This document shows, piece after piece, positions 30,025 through 43,186 of a DNA stretch of 64,000 bases. The position numbers and the translations under genes are program-made. Below the pieces are notes generated by a model. That model saw only the letters and a list, made by a program, of their open reading frames with translations. It did not search any database and was not told the DNA's origin. Source of the DNA: Candidatus Brocadiia bacterium (GTDB lineage: Bacteria > Planctomycetota > Brocadiia > CAIUPP01). The stretch lies in assembly GCA_050015075.1 (NCBI GenBank), contig JBEKCB010000024.1:1-64000 (forward strand), in the 5' to 3' direction. Numbering within the stretch: position 1 is the first letter of the stretch; the number at the start of each line of letters is the position of its first letter.

Positions 30025-30297
30025 ATGAAGGTGGAAGAAGTGGCAAAGAAGCAGACGACGATCGAGGAGTACCGGCGGCACGACTTGGACACCGGCTCGG
30101 CCGAGGTCCAGGTGGCGCTGATCACGGCGCGCATTGAGCACCTCATGGAGCATCTCAAGTCGCACAAGAAGGACCATGCCTCGCGTCGGGGGCTGCTCAA
30201 GATGGTGGGGCACAGGGCGCATTTGCTCAAGCACCTTTCGGCGGCGTCGCCCGACCGGTATCAGGCCGTCATCGAGCGGCTGGGGCTGCGGCGCTAA
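30025..30297 (+). CDS. rpsO: 30S ribosomal protein S15
   Basis: [29 protein letters not shown]; upstream of pnp. Confidence 0.97.
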   Translation: MKVEEVAKKQTTIEEYRRHDLDTGSAEVQVALITARIEHLMEHLKSHKKDHASRRGLLKMVGHRAHLLKHLSAASPDRYQAVIERLGLRR

Positions 30298-30477
30298 CGT
30301 CCGCGCCCGCCCGCGCACATTCGGGTCTTTACCGTTTCCCCGCAGGATTTCCCGACGCTCCCGCTCCATTTCCGTGGCTCAGGTTGCAGATTTCGATTCC
30401 GCGCCGCCGGCCTTCCGAGGCAGGCGGATCGCCGGAGTCCGGCAGGCAAGGCAAGAAGAAAGGCAGGAGAGGAAGGA

Positions 30478-32577
<2,100 letters not shown>

Positions 32578-32742
32578 GAGGCGGAAGGCAGAGTGCGGAA
32601 TGCAGAGGACCGAATGAGGAATGGGTCGGGCTGCGCCGGAGTCGGCGCGCTCCGCGCGCAATAGTTCCGGCGAAGCCGGGTCCTGGCTCAACTCTGCAAT
32701 CTTCAATCGGCACTCTGCATTCTGCACTCTTGCAGTAGTCCC

Positions 32743-33507
32743 ATGGATTCCAACCCGAATCAGGAAGCCGAGGCGCAGGAACAGGCGCGCCGCGCCGAGC
32801 AGCTCGCCTACGCCGGCACGCTCGCCGGCGGCCTGATCCACGAGATCAAGAACCCGCTCACCAGCCTGAGCATGAACCTGCAATTGCTCCAGGAGGACTG
32901 GCGCCACCCGAAGACGCCCGAGGAGCGCCGCGCGCTCAAGCGCATCCAGACGCTGCTCGAGGAGACCAACCGCCTCAACGGCATCCTGGACGAGTTCCTC
33001 GACTTCATCCGCGACCAGGCGTTGCGCCTGGCCGTCTGCGACGTGAACCGCCTCGTCGAGAGCGTGGCGACCTTCGTCACGCCGGAGATGGAGGCGCGCG
33101 GCATCCAGCTCCGCACCAGCCTCGGCCTGCTCCCGATGACGCGCGTGGACGAGAACCGCATCAAGCAGGTCCTCCTCAACCTGCTGCTCAACGCCGCGCA
33201 GGCGATGCAGGACGGCCGCCCGCGGGAGATTATCGTGAGGACCAGCGCCGAGGACCAGAAGATCCGCATGGACGTGACCGACACCGGCCGCGGGATTCCC
33301 AAGGGCGACCTGGAGAAAATCTTCCGGGTCTTTCACACGAAGTCGAAAGGCGGCCTGGGGCTCGGCCTGCCGCTGGCGCGCCGGATCGTCGAGGAGCACG
33401 GCGGCCGCCTGACCGTCGAGAGCGAGCCGGGCCGCGGCAGCCGGTTCAGCGTGCTGCTGCCCATCCGCTCCGCCGAAGCCGCGCCCCAACCCGCGCGGGA
33501 ATCGTAG
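32743..33507 (+). CDS. Histidine kinase (HisKA + HATPase, no sensor domain)
   Basis: HEIKNPL, NLLLNA, DTGRGI and GLGLGL boxes. Confidence 0.92.
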   Translation: MDSNPNQEAEAQEQARRAEQLAYAGTLAGGLIHEIKNPLTSLSMNLQLLQEDWRHPKTPEERRALKRIQTLLEETNRLNGILDEFLDFIRDQALRLAVCDVNRLVESVATFVTPEMEARGIQLRTSLGLLPMTRVDENRIKQVLLNLLLNAAQAMQDGRPREIIVRTSAEDQKIRMDVTDTGRGIPKGDLEKIFRVFHTKSKGGLGLGLPLARRIVEEHGGRLTVESEPGRGSRFSVLLPIRSAEAAPQPARES

Positions 33508-33640
33508 CCGTGTTTTTCACCACAACGACACGACGAGCACGACGTACGGCAACGTAACTTGCTGCTGTATTGCGAGTTCCGTCTTGTTCATCGTGCTCGT
33601 CGTGGTGAGTGTGCGTTGCAGTTGAAGATGAGGAGTGCGC

Positions 33641-35026
<1,386 letters not shown>

Positions 35027-35264
35027 GTGCGGCTTGCCCGCCGTAGCTCCCGCTCTTCGCAGCTCCGCTGCTTCGGCGGGCGAAGAAGAGTCGGCGGGCG
35101 AAGAAGAATTAGCGAAGGCGGGAGAGTAGAGTGAGGAGTGAATTGAAACGGCGGCGTTCATCGCTCGCGTTGGTACTCTGCTACGCTGGAAATGATGGGC
35201 AGAGCGCCATGAGCCTTGTGCAAGTATCTTCAGTCGCAGATCGTCAACCGCCTGGCATCCCGAG

Positions 35265-36240
35265 GCTCGACCTCGAATCGCTCTGATTTTCGACTAGATA
35301 CGTTACGTACCTAGTCGGATACTCCTGGCAAATGCCATGGGGCGACGACAGGCCCTGTGCCTGCGCAAGTGGGATAGATGTGCCTGGAATCCCCAGGCTC
35401 TGCCTCGAATCGCCTTGATCGTCGGCTAGGTACGATACGTACCTAGTCGGATACTCCTGACAAATGTTATGAGGCGGCGATGGGTGTTCAGCGCGGAACG
35501 TTCCTGGCACGGGCCAACGGAGCAGCGGGTGGCCTCCGCCCTTCGCTTCGAGGGACTTCTCGGTTGCGCGCGCCATGGCTTGTCCACCCGCAATTCTCGA
35601 GGCACGACTTCAAATCGCCTTGATCGTCGGCTAGATACGATACGTACCTAGTCGGCTGCTCCCGGCAAATATTATGAGGCGGCGACAGGCCCTGTGCCTG
35701 CGCAAGTGGGATAGATGTGCCTGGAATCCCCAGGCTCTGCCTCGAATCGCCTTGGTCGTCGGCTAGGTACGATACGTGCCTAGTCGGCTGCTCCCGGCAA
35801 ATATTATGAGGCGGCGACAGGCCTTGTGCCTGCGCAAGTGGGATAGATGTGCCTGGAATCCCCAGGCTCTGCCTCGAATCGCCTTGGTCGTCGGCTAGGT
35901 ACGATACGTACCTAGTCGGATGCTGTTGGCAAGTGTTATGAGGCGGCGAATGGCGTTCAACGCGGAACGTTCCTGCCGCGGCCCTGAGGCGCAGCGGGCG
36001 GCCACACCCTTCATTTGGAGGGACTTCCCGGTTGTGCCCTGAATCCCCAGGCTCTGTCTCGCATCGCCTTGGTCGTCCGCTAGGTACGATACGTACCTAG
36101 TCGGATACTCCTGGCAAATGTTATGAGGCGGCGGCTGGTGTTTAGCGCGGAACGTTCCCTGCACGGGCCGGCGGCGCAGCGGGCGGCCTTAGCCCTTCGT
36201 TCGGAGGGACTTCTCGGTTGCGCGCGCCATGGCTTGCCAG
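35265..36240. repeat. Tandem repeat array (132/205/132/132/185-bp units) with a palindromic core
   Basis: Core CTAG(G/A)TACG-ata-CGTACCTAG at 35294, 35426, 35631, 35763, 35895 and 36080, inside an about 80-bp conserved block. Confidence 0.92.
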
Positions 36241-36518
36241 TGGCGCTTCATCTGCGAGAGGCGCTGTGCGCCTTTGCTTGAAAGCCTGCAGTATCGCCGG
36301 CGCGGTCCAAGGGGTGAATACCCGTCATGGACGGTGATCCAACCCTCACGCTGAAATCTCGCCAGGACCCTGCAGACGGTCGCCCCGGGTACTTTCTGAC
36401 CGCCGCCCTCGAAAAGGAGTTCTCGCAACTGATAACCGTAGCTCTGACCTTGGGAGAGATGCCCCAAGATCCACAGCTCGATCAACCCTTTTCGCACTTG
36501 CGTTGCCCATGTCTGCAC
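36189..36518 (-). CDS. PadR family transcriptional regulator
   Basis: QVRKGLIELWIL, SYGYQL and GPRRRYCRLS; GGAGGAG RBS before GTG. Confidence 0.85.
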   Translation of the reverse strand: MQTWATQVRKGLIELWILGHLSQGQSYGYQLRELLFEGGGQKVPGATVCRVLARFQREGWITVHDGYSPLGPRRRYCRLSSKGAQRLSQMKRHWQAMARATEKSLRTKG

Positions 36519-36674
36519 AGGCGCTCCTCCGTTCCGAGGACTTGCCGCCGCATGGTCGTATCGGATATCAGCATGCCGGAATGAACATCAGCCGGCAGAT
36601 CATCGGGCAGTTTTCCCTCATCCCGCGCAGCCCGCCCGCTTCCCGAAGAGCGACCCGCAGGCCCTGACGGGCGG

Positions 36675-36695
36675 CTAGATACGATACGTACCTAG
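36675..36695. promoter_or_regulatory. Isolated seventh palindrome upstream of padR (candidate operator)
   Basis: CTAGATACGATACGTACCTAG without the conserved flanks of the array copies. Confidence 0.6.
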
Positions 36696-36744
36696 TGTGG
36701 CGTTTCGCAAACAACCAAGATGAATTCAGCCCTCTTCTTGCCAA

Positions 36745-36820
36745 GCGCAGCGAAGGATCTCACACCTTAGACCGTCGCCGGCGCGAGGCGTATGAGATTC
36801 CTCGCTCTGCTCGGAATGAC
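36745..36820. repeat. REP-like element (GCGAAGGATCTC...GAGATTCCTCGCTCTGCTCGGAATGAC)
   Basis: Imperfect inverted arms downstream of the dehydrogenase gene. Confidence 0.55.
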
Positions 36821-36865
36821 TGGCCCGGGCGAAGCTTATTTTCGGGACTACGTACTCCGCATTCG

Positions 36866-38146
36866 TCAGAGCCGCCAGTACGCCGAGTCGGGCAGGTCCT
36901 CTTTCCTCAGCACGGACTTGACGTCCATCACCACCGACCGCGACGGGCGGCGCAGCAGCGAGCGGATCCAGGCGGCGCCCTTTTCCAGGAACACCTTGTG
37001 CGGCACCGCCAGGATGACGGCGTCGCTCCCGCTGATGGCCGATTCCGGGCTCAGCGCCAGCCCGTATTCGTGCTGCGTCTCCTCGGAGGAGGCCAGCGGA
37101 TCGTGGATCAGGCAGGCGATGCCGTACTCGGAGAGTTCGCGGACGATGTCCACGACCTTCGAGTTGCGGATGTCCGGCACGTTCTCCTTGAACGTGATCC
37201 CCAGCACGGCCACGCGCGCCTGGCGCACGCTGATTTCCTGGTTCACCAGGAGCTTGATGGTCTGCTCGGCGACGTACTTGCCCATGCTGTCGTTGATCCG
37301 CCGGCCGGCCAGGATCACCTGCGGATGGTAGCCCAGCCGCTCCGCCTTCTGCGTCAGATAGTACGGGTCCACGCTGATGCAATGCCCGCCGACCAGGCCG
37401 GGCTTGAAGGGGAGGAAATTCCACTTGGTCGCGGCCGCTTCGAGCACCTGCGAGGTGTCGAGGCCCATCCGGTGGAAGATCATCGCCAGTTCGTTCATCA
37501 GCGCGATGTTCAAGTCGCGCTGGGTGTTCTCGATCACCTTGGCCGCCTCGGCGGTCTTGATGCTCGCCGCCTTGAAGACGCCGCGGCCGGCGACGAGGCC
37601 GTAGACCTCGGCGACCGTCTCGAGGGTCTCGGCATCCATGCCGGAAACGACCTTGACCACGCGCGCCAGGCTGTGTTCCTTGTCGCCGGGATTGATGCGC
37701 TCGGGCGAGTAGCCGACCTTGAAGTCGCGTCCGCAGACCCGGCCGGAAGCGCGTTCGAGCACCGGCACGCAGACCTCCTCCGTCACGCCCGGATAGACGG
37801 TGGATTCGAAGACGACGATCGCGCCGGGGCGCAACTGCGGGCCGACGAGTTCGCTGGCGCTCACCAGGCAGGAGAGGTCCGGCTGCTTGGCGTCGTCCAC
37901 GGGCGTGGGGACGGTGACGATGATGAAGTCCGCGCGCTTCAGCGCCGCCGGATCGGTGGTGTACTCCACTTGCGACTCGGCCAGGTCCGCGGGCGAGACC
38001 TCGCGGGTGTGGTCCTCGCGCCGGCGCAATTCCTCGATCCGCCTGCGATTGATGTCAAGGCCGATGACCGGCGCTTTCTTCCCGAAAGCCACCGCCAGCG
38101 GCAATCCCACGTAGCCCAATCCGACCACGGCGATGCTCCGGTCCAT
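36866..38146 (-). CDS. UDP-N-acetylhexosamine dehydrogenase (TviB/WbpO/WecC family)
   Basis: GLGYVGLP, ESTVYPG, YSPERINPG, GGHCI and FKENVPD motifs. Confidence 0.93.
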   Translation of the reverse strand: MDRSIAVVGLGYVGLPLAVAFGKKAPVIGLDINRRRIEELRRREDHTREVSPADLAESQVEYTTDPAALKRADFIIVTVPTPVDDAKQPDLSCLVSASELVGPQLRPGAIVVFESTVYPGVTEEVCVPVLERASGRVCGRDFKVGYSPERINPGDKEHSLARVVKVVSGMDAETLETVAEVYGLVAGRGVFKAASIKTAEAAKVIENTQRDLNIALMNELAMIFHRMGLDTSQVLEAAATKWNFLPFKPGLVGGHCISVDPYYLTQKAERLGYHPQVILAGRRINDSMGKYVAEQTIKLLVNQEISVRQARVAVLGITFKENVPDIRNSKVVDIVRELSEYGIACLIHDPLASSEETQHEYGLALSPESAISGSDAVILAVPHKVFLEKGAAWIRSLLRRPSRSVVMDVKSVLRKEDLPDSAYWRL

Positions 38147-38273
38147 CGCTTCGCCCTTCTCCTGATGCAGAAATCCATGCGGTTCCGGCGCCGCCCGCCT
38201 CGCAGACGGGCGCGGCGCCGCGCGAGAGTTTAGCACCCGCTTGAGGACCGGCGCAAGGGCAGCCGGCCACGGC

Positions 38274-40073
38274 TCATTTCCCCTCGGTCCCGCGCTGCGG
38301 CGAGCGCCCGGCGGCCCGGTTGATGTCCGCGAGAAGCTGCTCGGGCACAATCCCGCCGAGGTCCCTGAGCTTCTCGATGTCCGCAAGCGCCTTGGCGTAT
38401 TCCTTCAGCCGGTAATAGGTTATCGCGCGGTTGAGGTAGATCAGGACGTCGTTCGGATTCACCGCGACGGCCCGGCCGTAGTCGCGCAGCGCGTCCCGGC
38501 TGCGGCCGAGGGCGTCGTACGCGTTGCCGCGGTTGATGTAGGCGTCGGCGTCGTTCGCGTTGAGCCGGAGCGCCTCGTCGTAATAGTGCAGCGCCTCGTC
38601 GAGCTGGTTCATCGCCGCGTAAGCGAGCCCGAGATTGTTATAGGCGTCGGCGAAGTCCGGGTTCAGCCGGATCGCCTCGGCGCAATCTTTCTTCGTCTCC
38701 TCGTAACGCCCCGCGTAAAAGCACATCTGGCCGAGGTTGCTCCAGGCCCGCGGGTTCAGCGGGCTCACCTTCGTCGCGGCGGTCCATATCGAGATGGCGT
38801 CCTGGTAATCCAGGTTCCGGGCGTACGTCCGCCAACCCAGCGCGCACGTCAGCGGCAGCATCAGGGCGATCGCCGCCGCAATCCGGACGGGCCGGCGCCA
38901 CGCTTGAGAAGCGAACAGCCGGGCCGCCAGCCGCTCCGACAGCAGGTGCGCCGCGACGACCGCCAGCGCGACCACCGCCGCCAGCGGCAGGTACATGCGC
39001 TGCTCGAACGCCAGGTCACGGATCGGCATGAAACTGGAGGTCGGCGCGAGGATCAGAAAAAACCACGCGCCGAGGAAGCCCCACATCGGCTTGCGGATCA
39101 GCGCCCAGAGCGTCGCCGCGAGCAGGAGGGCCATGACGATGCAACTGGGCACGGTCGGCCACAGGCTTACGGTGATCGGCCAGCCGTAGTCCAGGCACAG
39201 TCCGCTCGGCCAGAAGGCCAGCCGGAGATAGTGCAGGATGACGCCCGTCTCATTCCGCGCGTAACGCACCGGCGAGATGTCCGGCAGCGCGAACCCGGCC
39301 GTGATCGGATACCGCTCGAACGCCATGAGCAGCGAGCGGGCCAGGAGGAACCACGTGGCCGCCAGCGCCAGATACAATCCCCATCGCCGCCGAAGCGCCT
39401 CGCGGAACGAACCCGCGATAAAGCACCGGTCGTACAGCAGCGCCACCAGCGGCGCGGCGGCCATGACCTGCTTGCAGCCCATTCCCAGCGCGCACGCCGC
39501 GACCGCGCCGACGCTCCATGCGCCCGGCCGCCGCGCGCAGGCGGCGCGGATGAAACAGTACAGCGTCAGCAGGAAAAAGAGCCCCATGAGCGACTCCGCC
39601 CGCTGGGTGAGGTACGTCACCGACTGCGTCAACAGCGGGTGGACCGTCCAGAGCAGCGCGATGCAGAACGCGACCGGCGTGGAGTCCCGGTCGCCGAACC
39701 GCCGCGCGACGGCGGGGAGTTCCAGCGTCCGGCGCGCCACGCCGAAGAGCGCCAACGCGGCCAGCAGGTGAATCGCCAGGTTCATCTTATGGTATCCGTC
39801 GACGTCCAGCCCGCCGCGCCAGTAGTTGAACACGAAGGTCAGGTCGACGATCGGCCGCGTGCCGGCCAGAATGCGCGGGATCAAATCCTTCCTCACGCAG
39901 ACCAGGCTGACGAAGTCGCCGTCGTCGAAGATGAACGGTCCGCCGAAGCTGTCCCGGTACGCGAGCAGTCCCGCGGCAACCAGCGCCGCGCAGCAGAGCG
40001 TCGTCCAGACGAAGCGCCACAGCGTGCGCGGGCGCGTCGGCTGCTCAACTGACTCGTTGATCGTCCCATTCAT
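38274..40073 (-). CDS. TMTC-like GT-C membrane glycosyltransferase with C-terminal TPRs
   Basis: FIFDD luminal motif, VHPLLTQSV and EQRMYLP; TPR repeats (AYNNLG, AYINRG). Confidence 0.85.
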   Translation of the reverse strand: MNGTINESVEQPTRPRTLWRFVWTTLCCAALVAAGLLAYRDSFGGPFIFDDGDFVSLVCVRKDLIPRILAGTRPIVDLTFVFNYWRGGLDVDGYHKMNLAIHLLAALALFGVARRTLELPAVARRFGDRDSTPVAFCIALLWTVHPLLTQSVTYLTQRAESLMGLFFLLTLYCFIRAACARRPGAWSVGAVAACALGMGCKQVMAAAPLVALLYDRCFIAGSFREALRRRWGLYLALAATWFLLARSLLMAFERYPITAGFALPDISPVRYARNETGVILHYLRLAFWPSGLCLDYGWPITVSLWPTVPSCIVMALLLAATLWALIRKPMWGFLGAWFFLILAPTSSFMPIRDLAFEQRMYLPLAAVVALAVVAAHLLSERLAARLFASQAWRRPVRIAAAIALMLPLTCALGWRTYARNLDYQDAISIWTAATKVSPLNPRAWSNLGQMCFYAGRYEETKKDCAEAIRLNPDFADAYNNLGLAYAAMNQLDEALHYYDEALRLNANDADAYINRGNAYDALGRSRDALRDYGRAVAVNPNDVLIYLNRAITYYRLKEYAKALADIEKLRDLGGIVPEQLLADINRAAGRSPQRGTEGK

Positions 40074-40273
40074 CTCCGGCGTTCCTGCAAAGTCAGCCCC
40101 GTTGTTTTCGCGCGGCGCGGGCTCGCCGACAAATCTACTCGCGCCTCCGTCATCCTGTCAAGAAAGAGCCGCAAGAACCCGCGCCGGGCGTCCGCATTTT
40201 CCGGGTTAACTCCCGCGACGACGCGCCGATAATCGCCTGAGCGGGCAGCGCAACGCGCCGCGTTGGATTTCGG

Positions 40274-40480
40274 ATGGATGCCGCCGCCGAAGCGCGTCTG
40301 AACAACCGGGGAGCGCAGCTCATGGCCGACCGAGCCGATCCGCCGACTCCGGCGCCGCGCCCGCGCGAGACTGCGGAAATCCACCGCAGAATCGTCGCCG
40401 GCTTCTACGACCGCCCCGACGTAGTTCGTGAAACCGCCTCCCGCATGCTCCAGAGACACGCGTTGACCACCGAACGCTGA
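40274..40480 (+). CDS. Small hypothetical protein
   Basis: 68-aa ORF; C-terminus RRIVAGFYDRPDV is weakly FlgM-like. Confidence 0.35.
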   Translation: MDAAAEARLNNRGAQLMADRADPPTPAPRPRETAEIHRRIVAGFYDRPDVVRETASRMLQRHALTTER

Positions 40481-40537
40481 CCGCCGCGCCACGCTGCCGA
40501 CAACCCGCCGCGACGCGTGCCGCCGAACTTTCACCCC

Positions 40538-40607
40538 GTCATTCCCGCGAAAGCGGGAATCCATACCATTGCGCCGTACCCTGGATTCCCGCTTTCGCGG
40601 GAATGAC
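40538..40607. repeat. RPE/dRS3-like palindromic element
   Basis: gtcattcccgcgaaagcgggaatcca...tggattcccgctttcgcgggaatgac; same unit as inside the MITE at 13062. Confidence 0.85.
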
Positions 40608-40641
40608 AGCGCCAGGCGCCTTCATGCGCGCCAACGACCGG

Positions 40642-40670
40642 TTGACCGCGCTCCGGGGCGGATATAGAAT
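40642..40670 (+). promoter_or_regulatory. Sigma70 promoter of queC
   Basis: TTGACC-N17-TAGAAT. Confidence 0.6.
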
Positions 40671-40724
40671 GCGCTCGATGCCGCTGCGCGGCGCGCGATC
40701 CTCAATCCGGCCAGGGAGATTTCG

Positions 40725-41480
40725 GTGCCGACTTCCATCGTGCTGATCTCGGCGGGCCTCGATTCCACCGTGAACCTCAAGTGCGCGCAGGACGACGGCG
40801 GCGTCGCCGCGGCCTTGACGTTCGACTACGGGCAGCGCGCGGCGCGGCGGGAAGCCGAGAATTCGGCCGCGATGTGCGCGCGACTGCGCATCCGGCACGA
40901 GACAATCCGGCTCCCATGGCTCGCTCGGATCACCGGGACGGCGCTCGTCGGGCGGAAGAAGCCGCTGCCGCGCCTGAAGCCGGCCGAGCTGGACGATCCG
41001 GTCGCCGCCGGGCGCTCCGCATTGCGCGTGTGGGTGCCCAACCGCAACGGCGTGTTCCTGGCCGTCGCCGCCGCGTACGCGGAAGCACTAGGCGCCGGGC
41101 GCGTCGTGGCCGGGTTCAACGCCGAGGAAGCGGTGACTTTTCCGGACAACTCCGAGGAGTTCGCGCGCGCGGCCACGCGGAGCCTGCGCTTCTCGACGCG
41201 GAACGCCGTCCGCGTGAAGAGCTACACGTTCCGCCTGCGCAAGCCGGCGATCGTCGCGCTGGGGCTGAAGATCGGCGCGCCGATGGACCTCGTCTGGCCC
41301 TGTTACGAGGGCGGCCCGCGCCTCTGCGGCCGGTGCGAGTCGTGCCTGCGTTTTTTCCGCGCGGTCCGGGAAGCGCGACGCGAGGACTGGTTCCGCGTTC
41401 ACCACCACCGCATGCCGCGGAAGCTTAAACCACGACGGCACGACGAGCACGACGTACGGCAAGGCAATTCATTGCCGTAG
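40725..41480 (+). CDS. queC: 7-cyano-7-deazaguanine synthase
   Basis: SAGLDS PP-loop, FDYGQR, VPNRN and CY...CGRCESC motifs. Confidence 0.93.
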   Translation: MPTSIVLISAGLDSTVNLKCAQDDGGVAAALTFDYGQRAARREAENSAAMCARLRIRHETIRLPWLARITGTALVGRKKPLPRLKPAELDDPVAAGRSALRVWVPNRNGVFLAVAAAYAEALGAGRVVAGFNAEEAVTFPDNSEEFARAATRSLRFSTRNAVRVKSYTFRLRKPAIVALGLKIGAPMDLVWPCYEGGPRLCGRCESCLRFFRAVREARREDWFRVHHHRMPRKLKPRRHDEHDVRQGNSLP

Positions 41481-41567
41481 CGGCAGTACCGTAGTGCTCG
41501 TCGTGTCGTCGTGGTGAGAACTTTGTGCCGCCGTGGTGAAAGAGTTTCGATAAGGGAGCGGACGCCG

Positions 41568-42137
41568 ATGAGCGCGATTCAGGTCTTGTTCGTTCCGCTG
41601 AAGATCGCCTATACCGGCGAGCAACTCCGCTCGCACTGGGCTTATAACTCGTACGACATCCTCGGCGACAGCGCCGTCGCCTTCGTCGGCCCGTGCGACG
41701 TGCGGCCGGAATTCATGAAGGACGTGGAAGACCTGAAGGCCGCCTCGCGCATTTATTCCGAGGAGATGCTGCACTTCATCGTCGAGCATTTCAGTTGCGC
41801 ATTGGACATGGCTCTGCTGCGGCAGCGGCTGCTCATCGCGATCATGGCTGAGAACCTCAACCGCAGGCGCGTCAGCGATGGGCCCGCAACACGCAGCGGC
41901 TCAGACCTTTACGACGGGCGGCTCAAGCTGACGGTGTCCATCGCGAGCGTTTCGCCGGTGAGCGCGCTGATCCACGCCGGCATCAACGTCTCCAGCCGCA
42001 ACACCCCGGTCCCGACGCGCGGGCTGGCCGACTACGGCATCGAGCCGAGCGCGTTCGCTAAGGAAATTCTCGCGGCATATTCTTCGGAGTGCGACGGACT
42101 GCTGCGGGCGAGGTGCAAAGTCAGAGGGTGCGATTAA
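41568..42137 (+). CDS. DUF366 family protein
   Basis: YTGEQLRSHWAY, MLHFIVEHF, GSDLY..KLTVSIA and HAGINV. Confidence 0.85.
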   Translation: MSAIQVLFVPLKIAYTGEQLRSHWAYNSYDILGDSAVAFVGPCDVRPEFMKDVEDLKAASRIYSEEMLHFIVEHFSCALDMALLRQRLLIAIMAENLNRRRVSDGPATRSGSDLYDGRLKLTVSIASVSPVSALIHAGINVSSRNTPVPTRGLADYGIEPSAFAKEILAAYSSECDGLLRARCKVRGCD

Positions 42138-42163
42138 GCACGAGAGTCAACTGCCGTTGGCGA

Positions 42164-42340
42164 TCAGTCTTTCAACTTCGCCAGGATGTGGCGCGCGAGA
42201 TGCTCTTTGATTTCGCGATGGCGCGGGACAGGCTGACAGACGCCGGTTCGCGGATTCTGATACCAGTCGTGCCTGCCCCCTGAACGGATAAAGACACACC
42301 CCTTCGTTTCGATCTGCCGGATGAGGTCAACGCGTTTCAT
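42164..42340 (-). CDS. hicA: HicA-family toxin (58 aa, below the ORF-track cutoff)
   Basis: Hand translation MKRVDLIRQIETKGCVFIRSGGRHDWYQNPRTGVCQPVPRHREIKEHLARHILAKLKD; ATGA overlap with hicB. Confidence 0.88.
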   Translation of the reverse strand: MKRVDLIRQIETKGCVFIRSGGRHDWYQNPRTGVCQPVPRHREIKEHLARHILAKLKD

Positions 42341-42528
42341 GCGATTGGCAGTTCTGCCACATGGCGGACGCCAGGGATCTTGCCGCCCGTCAGGTCGTCA
42401 TAGATATCCCTGAGGTTCTTTTGCAGTTCCTCCAGGGTCTCGCCCTGCGTCATGTAGTCCGGGAACTCGTCGAGATACCCGAGCCACATTTCTCCGTCCT
42501 GCCAATAGACATATCGTACTGCGTTCAT
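42337..42528 (-). CDS. hicB: Short HicB-family antitoxin
   Basis: WLGYLDEFPDYMTQGETLEELQKNL. Confidence 0.88.
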   Translation of the reverse strand: MNAVRYVYWQDGEMWLGYLDEFPDYMTQGETLEELQKNLRDIYDDLTGGKIPGVRHVAELPIA

Positions 42529-42671
42529 AAGGGTATTCTACCTCTTACCGCCGCCCTTTTCCAACCGCTTTCGATGCGTCTTCTCCACACGCCGCAGGGT
42601 CTCGAAAAGGGACGCTTTTATGCGTGCCTCTGCACCTCAGGACGGTGGAACCCCAAGACCAGTTCGAGCCG

Positions 42672-42962
42672 CTATCTGTTCCTCCAGTATTGCGGATCGC
42701 GGTGCAAATGCATGACCGCGATGATGACGATTCTGCGCGGTTGATCCCGGAAAAGAACGCCGAAAGGGAAAGTCTTGACGAGGCACCGGCGCACGCCGGG
42801 TTCCACTGCCGGATACAGACGGGGATTGAGCAGAATACGGCTGATTGCGTCCTGAACCGAAGCCAGGAACCGCCGGCCAAGATTCTCCTGCTGCCGCTCA
42901 TAGTACACGGCAGCCGCGATCATCTCAGCTTCGGCGTCCGCATGGAATTTGACCGGCTTCAT
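42672..42962 (-). CDS. RelE/ParE family toxin
   Basis: FHADAEAEM..AAVYY, LGRRF, FPFGVLF and IIAVMHLHRDPQYW. Confidence 0.88.
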   Translation of the reverse strand: MKPVKFHADAEAEMIAAAVYYERQQENLGRRFLASVQDAISRILLNPRLYPAVEPGVRRCLVKTFPFGVLFRDQPRRIVIIAVMHLHRDPQYWRNR

Positions 42963-43186
42963 CCGAGGGATTTCAGGGCCCTGGCGAAAACATTCCCGGC
43001 GTCTGAAAGCTTTGCACCGTGCTCCACTTCGGCGCAGCGACGGCGGATTTCCCGCTTCCACTTGGCGGACAGGCGAGGCGCCGCTGCGGCATCAAGGCTC
43101 TCGATCAATTTCTCGGCGACGAAAGCTCTTAGCGGCGGCGGAAGCTCCATCGCTTCTGACACGACTCTTTGAGCCGTCGTTTTCAT
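42959..43186 (-). CDS. Addiction-module antitoxin (TIGR02574-like)
   Basis: EAMELPPPLRA...LIESLD...WKREIRRR; ATGA overlap with the toxin. Confidence 0.85.
   Translation of the reverse strand: MKTTAQRVVSEAMELPPPLRAFVAEKLIESLDAAAAPRLSAKWKREIRRRCAEVEHGAKLSDAGNVFARALKSLG

Noticed and set aside
35265-36240. CRISPR array
   Set aside because: The conserved block is about 80 bp, spacers recur nearly identically and one derives from padR; no cas genes are present
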